Origin: Vitreimonas sp.
GTDB taxonomy: Bacteria > Patescibacteriota > Microgenomatia > UBA1400 > PJMF01
Assembly: GCA_035627515.1 (NCBI GenBank)
Contig: DASPLQ010000012.1
Coordinates: 199,269 to 263,268 of the forward strand
Direction of reading: 5' to 3'
DNA length: 64,000 bases
Shown here: positions 57,731 through 64,000 of the stretch, in pieces
Layout: every line of letters starts with the position of its first letter
Position numbering within the stretch: the stretch's first letter is position 1
The notes under the pieces: generated by a model
Seen by the model: the letters and a program-made list of their open reading frames with translations, nothing else
The model's database searches: none
Told to the model about the DNA's origin: nothing
Translations under genes and position numbers: made by a program

Positions 57731-57756
57731 TGATGCCTCCTGACTTAATAAAAGCG

Positions 57757-57787
57757 ATTATAAACCCTCACGTAACGTGATAGTCAA
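57757..57787 (-). promoter_or_regulatory. MerR-type promoter: TTGACT, 19-bp spacer containing the palindrome TCACGT-T-ACGTGA, then TATAAT, upstream of the MerR gene
   Basis: The minus strand reads TTGACT-atcacgttacgtgagggtt-TATAAT, followed by AGGAGG and ATG. The 19-bp spacer carrying a dyad is the hallmark of MerR-regulated promoters. Confidence 0.55.
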
Positions 57788-57885
57788 GCTTCTGTATCCT
57801 TTGTGATCACTTTCTTACCATTTTCTCAAGTAGAAAGCGTATAACACAGCTTAGGCACTTTTTCGTGCCTGGAAGGAAACACTCT

Positions 57886-58314
57886 ATGGCTGATCAAATT
57901 CAAGTTGTCCCTCAACCCTCAGCAGAAACTGTCACACAAGCTAGCGATCCGTTATTTGTGATCTCGGCAGTTTTCCCTTTTCATCTTTTTCCCGACAAAA
58001 TTGTCGTTGATCGCTTTAAAATTGATGTTATTCAGAAAGCATTATTAGATGAAAAAATTATTACTATACCAATGAGTGGTAATGTAATTGTTAATGTGGA
58101 TCGCGGCGTGTTTTTCTCAAGTGTAGAAATTCACGACCCTACCACGCTCCACCACCCAATTGTGGTTAGTTATTTGAGCAATGAGGATGCTAATAACTTT
58201 AGGAAGTTAATCATGGGCATGGTAGTTGGTATTAAGCAGGGAGTAAACTTCATGGGTATGGAATCAACTGAGGTTATCAATTCTTCAATTAACTGGGGTG
58301 GAATCGATGCTTAA
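57886..58314 (+). CDS. Hypothetical protein
   Basis: GGAAGGA 8 nt upstream of ATG 57886 (MADQIQ...). The track start at 57865 is less likely. Confidence 0.45.
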   Translation: MADQIQVVPQPSAETVTQASDPLFVISAVFPFHLFPDKIVVDRFKIDVIQKALLDEKIITIPMSGNVIVNVDRGVFFSSVEIHDPTTLHHPIVVSYLSNEDANNFRKLIMGMVVGIKQGVNFMGMESTEVINSSINWGGIDA

Positions 58315-58345
58315 GTCCAGGCAGAGAGTCTGATATCATAAGGCA

Positions 58346-58939
58346 GTGAAAGGCCTTATGAATCCAGCTGTTAAAATTCTTGAAACTGAAATCTTGTCTG
58401 ATAATTGGTATACACTCAAAAAAGTCACGTTTGAGTACCAGCGGCCTGATGGCAGCTGGGAAACCCAGAGCCGCGAAGCCTATGACCGTGGTAACGGTGC
58501 AGTGATTCTCCTTTATCACCCCACTAAAAAAACCGTCATCTTAACCCAACAATTTCGCCTCCCTACTTATATCAATGGCAATGAATCAGGTCTCATGATC
58601 GAAGCCTGTGCTGGTTTGCTTGATAAAGATAATCCCGAAGAGTGCATTAAACGCGAAACTGAAGAAGAAACTGGTTATCAGATCAAGAATCTTCAAAAAA
58701 TAGGTGAAATTTATATGTCGCCAGGGTCGGTAACCGAGATTTTATATTTTTACGTCGCTGAGTATAACGAAGACATGAAAGTCACTGACGGCGGCGGTTT
58801 GACTGACGATCAGGAACATATTAAAGTCTTAGAGCTGCCTTTGGTTCAAGCCCTGGAAATGGTCAAAACTGGCGAGATTAAAGATGGCAAAACAATTATT
58901 TTGTTGCAACATGCCCAATTAGCAGGATTAATAAAGTAA
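58346..58939 (+). CDS. NUDIX hydrolase (NudK / ADP-sugar pyrophosphatase-like)
   Basis: Nudix box GLLDKDNPEECIKRETEEETGY. Confidence 0.7.
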   Translation: MKGLMNPAVKILETEILSDNWYTLKKVTFEYQRPDGSWETQSREAYDRGNGAVILLYHPTKKTVILTQQFRLPTYINGNESGLMIEACAGLLDKDNPEECIKRETEEETGYQIKNLQKIGEIYMSPGSVTEILYFYVAEYNEDMKVTDGGGLTDDQEHIKVLELPLVQALEMVKTGEIKDGKTIILLQHAQLAGLIK

Positions 58940-59869
58940 AAAGCCAACTACCACAGCTAACACGGCCGCACCTGCCAGCACTTCATACTTGCCTACTTGA
59001 AGTAATTTTTCAGTCACCCCCCCTACTACGGGACCATAATATTTTTGGAAGTATTTAGCTCGGCTCTCACGGAAAATGAGATTATATTTGGCATCTTTGG
59101 TGGCGGCGTGCCAAATGTGTTTGAGTTGGGCGGTAGGAATCAACCAGACCTCTTTGCCAGTTTCTTCTCTGACTCGCCGGCACAAATCACTTTCTTCGAA
59201 ATAAATAAAAAACTGCTCATCAAAACCACCAATGTGCTCAAAAATAGACCGCCGAATCATAAAAGCTGTTCCGGGCACGACTGCTAATTGCTGTGGTTTA
59301 TTGAGGTCTCGGTCTCGCACCCAGTACTGGTGAGCAATAGGATTGCTAGGCCACAAGCGATGAAAAAGTGAGTGCGCAGCTACCGCAGTCAGCGGAGTCA
59401 GTTCCGCCGAACCTTGGTCGGGATAGCGTTCCCCCTCCATGGTCAGTAAGGTGGGCGCCACAATGGCAGCCCTGGGTCTACGTTCCAAAAAAGACCACAG
59501 CTCAGTGATAGCACCAGGCAACATTTCGGTATCGGGATTGAGAAAAAATAAGTACTCGCCGCGTGCGTGGGCTGCCCCCACATTATTAGCTGGTCCAAAA
59601 CCAATGTTGGCTCCAGTTTTGACGTAGCGTAGATAGGGAGATTTTTTAGCCGGAAAGTGTTTAGCTAAAGTACTTTTCAAGCGTGACTGCGCATCATTAT
59701 CAACAATAATAACTTCGATCTTGGGCTGAAGAGGTGGGCGCGCCTTTTTAGCGGGCGTTTTTTTCGCCCGTGCTGAGCGATGAGCCTTGGTAATCGTTTT
59801 CAAACACGCCAGCAACTCAGCCACTTCTTTATACGTGACTAAGATGAGTGAAACGTCAGGGTTTTTCAT
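58928..59869 (-). CDS. Family 2 glycosyltransferase
   Basis: N-terminal GT-A pattern: SLILVTYKE near the start, and EVIIVDNDAQS. Confidence 0.55.
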   Translation of the reverse strand: MKNPDVSLILVTYKEVAELLACLKTITKAHRSARAKKTPAKKARPPLQPKIEVIIVDNDAQSRLKSTLAKHFPAKKSPYLRYVKTGANIGFGPANNVGAAHARGEYLFFLNPDTEMLPGAITELWSFLERRPRAAIVAPTLLTMEGERYPDQGSAELTPLTAVAAHSLFHRLWPSNPIAHQYWVRDRDLNKPQQLAVVPGTAFMIRRSIFEHIGGFDEQFFIYFEESDLCRRVREETGKEVWLIPTAQLKHIWHAATKDAKYNLIFRESRAKYFQKYYGPVVGGVTEKLLQVGKYEVLAGAAVLAVVVGFLLY

Positions 59870-59875
59870 ATGTTG

Positions 59876-60868
59876 TTACCGCCGCCAGTTTTGAGGCAGC
59901 AATGGGCTCTCAATTTCAATCTTTGTGTAGCGAGGTGGTTGATACCCTTGTTTTTTAGCCCACTGCCACGTTGCTCGCAAACCAGTTTCTAAATCAGTAC
60001 GGTCTTGATACTGCAAATGCTGTTTGCTGAGCTGGTGGTCACTGATAGCAGTGATCACTTCCCGAGGGCGTTGTGGTAAATAAATAGGCTCTAAAGAACT
60101 GCCAGTAACACGCAAAATCGCTTCTGCTAACTCATTGACGGTATAAGCATGATCCGAACCCACATTGAATGTCATCCCCGCCACTGGCGCACTCAGGCAC
60201 TTGGCCAGGGCTTCCACCACATCCGTCACATAGGAAAAACACCGTACCTGATCGCCTTGGCCATAAATATAAAATGGCTTATCTTGCAGGAGCGCATTCA
60301 TAAAAATGGTGACAACGTTCCGATAGGGGTCACGCATGTTTTGGCGAGGACCGTAGACGTTATGTGGCCTGGTAATCACATACTCAAAACCATGGACCTG
60401 GCTGAGAATTTTTAATGAGTCTTCGAAAGCTAACTTAGTGACGCCATAAATATCTTCTGGCTCGGGTTTGTCGGTTTCTTTGAACGGCGTTTGGAGCTGA
60501 CCATAGACAGCAATGCTGGAAGTAAAAATAAAGCGTTTCAGGCCATGACGGATAGCAGCCGTCAAAACTTTAATCGCCCCATCATAGTTACGTGATGTGA
60601 TGTCCATCGGACTAAACTGAGCTTTGCTCTCGGCCGCATTAGCAGCCAAATGATACACCACCTCGGGCTTGAAGGTGGCAAAGACTTTTTCTACTTGAGC
60701 GGCTTTGCGAATATCAATTTTATAAAAACTGGCTTTGGGATGAACATTATCAGTCAGGCCACCGGAAAGATCATCGATCACGGCTACTCGATAACCATTT
60801 TTAATTAACAGCTCCACTAAATGACTACCAATAAACCCTGCTCCACCAGTGATTAAGATTTTTTTCAT
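59876..60868 (-). CDS. NAD-dependent sugar epimerase/dehydratase (SDR extended family)
   Basis: ILITGGAGFIGSHL Rossmann motif and catalytic YxxxK (YGVTK). Confidence 0.8.
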   Translation of the reverse strand: MKKILITGGAGFIGSHLVELLIKNGYRVAVIDDLSGGLTDNVHPKASFYKIDIRKAAQVEKVFATFKPEVVYHLAANAAESKAQFSPMDITSRNYDGAIKVLTAAIRHGLKRFIFTSSIAVYGQLQTPFKETDKPEPEDIYGVTKLAFEDSLKILSQVHGFEYVITRPHNVYGPRQNMRDPYRNVVTIFMNALLQDKPFYIYGQGDQVRCFSYVTDVVEALAKCLSAPVAGMTFNVGSDHAYTVNELAEAILRVTGSSLEPIYLPQRPREVITAISDHQLSKQHLQYQDRTDLETGLRATWQWAKKQGYQPPRYTKIEIESPLLPQNWRR

Positions 60869-61200
60869 GCCAGTAATTTCTTTTTTTTAGGTTTGGGCAG
60901 GGGTACTTCCTGAGTGGTAACCTTGATTAGTTCAGTTAAAAATTCACTGTCATCCCAATACTCGTCTGCAATCCAAAAGTAGGGTTTGGCACCGGGGTAC
61001 GGTGGTTTTTCAACGGGCGATTTCAGGAAAGCTCTCCCCGCTTCGGTCGGCTTTACGAACAATTGATCATCACACACCAGAGCTACTACTCTCCCCTCAC
61101 AATACAGCGCGTACTCACCAAACATCTTACGACTCGTGACTATCCCCGCTTCGCTGATTTGTTCCACTAAGAAATCGACAGTGCTTTGTTTGGATGACAT
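60865..61200 (-). CDS. TfoX N-terminal-domain protein
   Basis: KMFGEYALYCEGRVVALVCDDQLFVK matches the TfoX_N core. A 4-nt ATGA overlap with the epimerase gene suggests translational coupling. Confidence 0.5.
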   Translation of the reverse strand: MSSKQSTVDFLVEQISEAGIVTSRKMFGEYALYCEGRVVALVCDDQLFVKPTEAGRAFLKSPVEKPPYPGAKPYFWIADEYWDDSEFLTELIKVTTQEVPLPKPKKKKLLA

Positions 61201-61212
61201 ACAGGTATTTTA

Positions 61213-62223
61213 TTACAATCCATTGTCACGATCACGTCGTGCTTTTTCCACATTCACGTCATCATCAATGGGTAAATGACCAAAAGCGCGCCGTAAAACG
61301 GCATATAAACCTTTGGTAGCTCTTCTTTTGATGCGCAATCCCCCTTCAGTTACGGTACTCGAAATAAGCGTTGTGGCTTTTTCCTTAAGTGGCTGTGAGC
61401 CACCATTACTTAATCCCATTATGACAGCTTGAGGGACTAGCCACGGATAACGGAGAAATGACCAAATGCGAAAAACCCCGAGTATATTCCATGCTGCTAT
61501 TAACTCGAGACGTTCTTTATTTTCTTCATAATGACGCGCCTCACGAGCGGCTCTTAAACCTTTGACTAACAGGGATAAATTATTATCGAGTCGGCCTAAT
61601 CGAGCACACAACTCTGCTAATGCCCACAGCGCACCCACAGCCCGTCGTTGCTCTATATAAAGCTGAGGGTTGGTTTCATGGCTAACTAAATAGGGCTGAT
61701 TCAAACTTTCACCTGAATTTTCCAATGTTGACTCGGCTAAAGTTACTCCTTCACCGTACACCTGACGAGCAGTTGTTTTGTCTCCCATCGCAGCTAGAGC
61801 GCGACCTCGATCATGATCAAACTCTGCACCCCAATGTATGGCGCCACTAGCTGTCCACGGTGCTCGGTCATCAATATGAAGTTCTCCGGCCAATAAAGTC
61901 ACCTGATTCAAAATCTCTCTTAGCTCCCGCTCATCAATAAATTTTTTCTCATATAAAGAAGTGGCGCTATCAACAGCAATTCTTGATAAACCGAGTAATG
62001 CAACAGCAACTTTTTCAGCACTAACAAAATACGAATGTTGAGGGGCTTCTAAAGCCATTTTTAAAGGCGAAAAAAAAGCAAACCTTTGCTCACTTTGAAC
62101 TCTACCGCGATAAAAACCTATCGCATCGACAAAGTTTCCCCTACCACGGGAATGCTCTGCTATGGCTAAATCTGTTGTTAGTTCCGAAACTAAGCTAGCA
62201 AAATATTCTTCTTGAAACTCCAT
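61213..62223 (-). CDS. Hypothetical helical protein
   Basis: 336-aa ORF, unrecognised. Confidence 0.4.
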   Translation of the reverse strand: MEFQEEYFASLVSELTTDLAIAEHSRGRGNFVDAIGFYRGRVQSEQRFAFFSPLKMALEAPQHSYFVSAEKVAVALLGLSRIAVDSATSLYEKKFIDERELREILNQVTLLAGELHIDDRAPWTASGAIHWGAEFDHDRGRALAAMGDKTTARQVYGEGVTLAESTLENSGESLNQPYLVSHETNPQLYIEQRRAVGALWALAELCARLGRLDNNLSLLVKGLRAAREARHYEENKERLELIAAWNILGVFRIWSFLRYPWLVPQAVIMGLSNGGSQPLKEKATTLISSTVTEGGLRIKRRATKGLYAVLRRAFGHLPIDDDVNVEKARRDRDNGL

Positions 62224-62287
62224 AACGAACTGGAATTATAACAAACCTAAGGTAATTTATTGGTGAGATTTTAGGGGCAAAAACGTA

Positions 62288-62632
62288 TTACTGAGTAGCT
62301 ACAAGCTCATCAATTTTGACCGCCATCACAAAATCATTGATAGATAGGCCACCAATGGCATGAGTGGTGAGAGTCACGGTTACTTTTTTGTAGGCATGAA
62401 GCAATAAATCCGGATGATGGCCCTCGGCTTCAGCTATTGCTGCTACTTGATTGATAAACTCAACCGCAGCCGCAAAGTTTTTCGTTACAATAGTTCTTTG
62501 GAGCTGTTTTTCGCCTCTCACTTCCCACTCTTTCACTTGATCTAAATACACCGCAAACTCTTCGCGCGTCAGCGGTGCTGTCCCTCCCTCACAGGGTACA
62601 CAGTGATGAGAACTAGTTATTGGTTGTGTCAT
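62288..62632 (-). CDS. Pterin-4a-carbinolamine dehydratase
   Basis: EAEGHHPDLLLHAYKKVTVTLTTHAIGGLS matches the PCD signature E-x3-HHP-x5-Y-x12-H-x3-G. Confidence 0.75.
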   Translation of the reverse strand: MTQPITSSHHCVPCEGGTAPLTREEFAVYLDQVKEWEVRGEKQLQRTIVTKNFAAAVEFINQVAAIAEAEGHHPDLLLHAYKKVTVTLTTHAIGGLSINDFVMAVKIDELVATQ

Positions 62633-62636
62633 AGCT

Positions 62637-63380
62637 TCACTCTACTTGATTACTCACCTTATAAACACCATCAATAATAGGCCTAGGCTGATCTTTCCAG
62701 TGTATTTGTTGGCCAATAAATTGAGTTCTGGCTTTGATTCCTTCTGCTAAGCGAGCGCCCTCTTGGTTTTTCAGCTCTTCATCAGGAACTAAGTTTTTAC
62801 CCATAGTCTTCATTAAATCTTCAAAAGCCGAAATCCAACTACTTTCGACTGCAAACACTGCCCAGGCTGTCGGATAACCAGCCGCCACTGCTAAAGCATA
62901 CTGGATATCTCTAAGGCCATTTTTGATGTTCTCCCCCAGAACTAATAAACAGTAGCTACTGAATAGGTCTTCAGTTTGTATTCCTGCGTCTTCTAAAATA
63001 TGAACATCAGTGGTTCGCCGCCCCACAACCGAAAAAGCTGGTTTTCCTTCATAGGTATAGGCAAAAATTCTCAGGTTTTTTAAAAGTGCTGGGTGCCTCT
63101 CAAAGATTTGGTGCAAAACATTTCCCGGTTGTTGCATCTCTGCCCTGACGGCATTTCTTCGCACTTCATCTTGGCTAGCTTGGGATTTAGCGTCCACAGC
63201 TGCCTTGATCATTTCCAAATCAAACCCACTAAAGCCTTCTTCATTGGTTGCTGAGGTTAAGTACTGCAATAAAAACAAAGCTAATTCAGACCTATCTTGT
63301 TCATATCGTGGATTTTTCAAAAAGTTTTGAACTTCAGCTAAGAAACGTTCGTCAACTTGAATGAGATCTTCATTAACCAT
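62637..63380 (-). CDS. Hypothetical protein
   Basis: 247-aa ORF, unrecognised. Confidence 0.4.
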   Translation of the reverse strand: MVNEDLIQVDERFLAEVQNFLKNPRYEQDRSELALFLLQYLTSATNEEGFSGFDLEMIKAAVDAKSQASQDEVRRNAVRAEMQQPGNVLHQIFERHPALLKNLRIFAYTYEGKPAFSVVGRRTTDVHILEDAGIQTEDLFSSYCLLVLGENIKNGLRDIQYALAVAAGYPTAWAVFAVESSWISAFEDLMKTMGKNLVPDEELKNQEGARLAEGIKARTQFIGQQIHWKDQPRPIIDGVYKVSNQVE

Positions 63381-63457
63381 AGCAACTCCCCTAGCTAGTA
63401 CTGAGCAGCACTATATCACAGGGATATCTTAGATGCTGTAGTTTATAATCACTTTCT

Positions 63458-64000
63458 ATGGATCAAAAACCGCGCTTTTCATTGAAAGATTTTCTTTTTA
63501 ACCGTGATAAAGTCAGTAAAATTGCTGAAGAAATTTCCCTAGTTTACCCCGCCTTTAAAAAAGATGAGTTTGTGGAAGCAGTAGTCATTAAATTTAGTGA
63601 ACTAGAACTAAAACAACGCATTTATTGGATTACTGAGCAACTCAAAAACTTCTTGCCCGCTGATTACCGAACAGCCGTGGAAATTTTACTGGCTTCACTG
63701 CCTGCGCCAGCTGACCCGACTCAAACTGATAACGACTTTGGTGACTTTATTTATGCACCCTACTCCCATTTTGTCGCTACCTATGGGCTAACAAAAAATG
63801 ATTTGGAGTTCTCACTGCTCGCTTTAAAACAAATCACGACTCGATTTTCAGCTGAGGATTCAATTCGAGCTTTCTTGAACGCTTATCCTACTGAAACACT
63901 TGCCACGCTGCTTGAGTGGAGTAATGACCACCATTATCATGTCCGGCGCCTGGCTAGTGAAGGCACTCGGCCCCGCTTGCCGTGGTGCCAAAAAATACAC
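63458..64000 (+). CDS. DNA alkylation repair (AlkD/AlkC-like HEAT-repeat) protein, truncated by the window end
   Basis: Open frame from ATG 63458 to the window end. HHYHVRRLASEGTRPRLPW parallels the (W/H)VRRxA...LP motif of the DNA_alkylation family. Confidence 0.45.
   Translation, partial: MDQKPRFSLKDFLFNRDKVSKIAEEISLVYPAFKKDEFVEAVVIKFSELELKQRIYWITEQLKNFLPADYRTAVEILLASLPAPADPTQTDNDFGDFIYAPYSHFVATYGLTKNDLEFSLLALKQITTRFSAEDSIRAFLNAYPTETLATLLEWSNDHHYHVRRLASEGTRPRLPWCQKIH

Noticed and set aside
1-64000. CRISPR arrays, rRNA/tRNA genes, transposases, integrases or phage structural genes
   Set aside because: I scanned the intergenic regions by eye and found no regularly spaced direct repeats, no tRNA-like cloverleaf candidates, and no ORF with transposase (DDE), recombinase or capsid/terminase signatures. 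Small RNAs cannot be excluded without tools.

Overview
The window is a 64-kb chromosomal segment that is about 90% coding. The gene content suggests a small-genome bacterium of the Patescibacteria/CPR type; this is inference, with no database check. The supporting features are a divergent MreB, an O-antigen-ligase/TPR fusion, many salvage-type nucleotide enzymes, many small hypothetical proteins and bL28. Recognisable housekeeping blocks are recR-hpf, a tmk operon, the CYTH-dcd-thyA region, nadE-nadD, topA-dprA, mreBCD-mrdA, def-fmt, rpmB and efp. I found no rRNA, tRNA, CRISPR array or clear mobile element. The regions worth a second look are: (1) a dense island of nucleotide-metabolism genes (3.5-16.6 kb) with several unrecognisable partners and a membrane-anchored Mrr-like nuclease; (2) a 666-aa terpene-cyclase-like protein carrying both a class II DxDDT and a class I DDxxD motif, directly downstream of a two-component system; (3) an ~85-bp structured intergenic element present twice, with three GTACA repeats inside an inverted-repeat stem; (4) an operon encoding an eRF1/Pelota-like (baeRF-type) protein with membrane and secreted partners, near a degenerate RNB-like protein; (5) clean regulatory architecture at MerR- and TrmB-type regulators. 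All functional calls are from motif recognition by eye; no searches were run.
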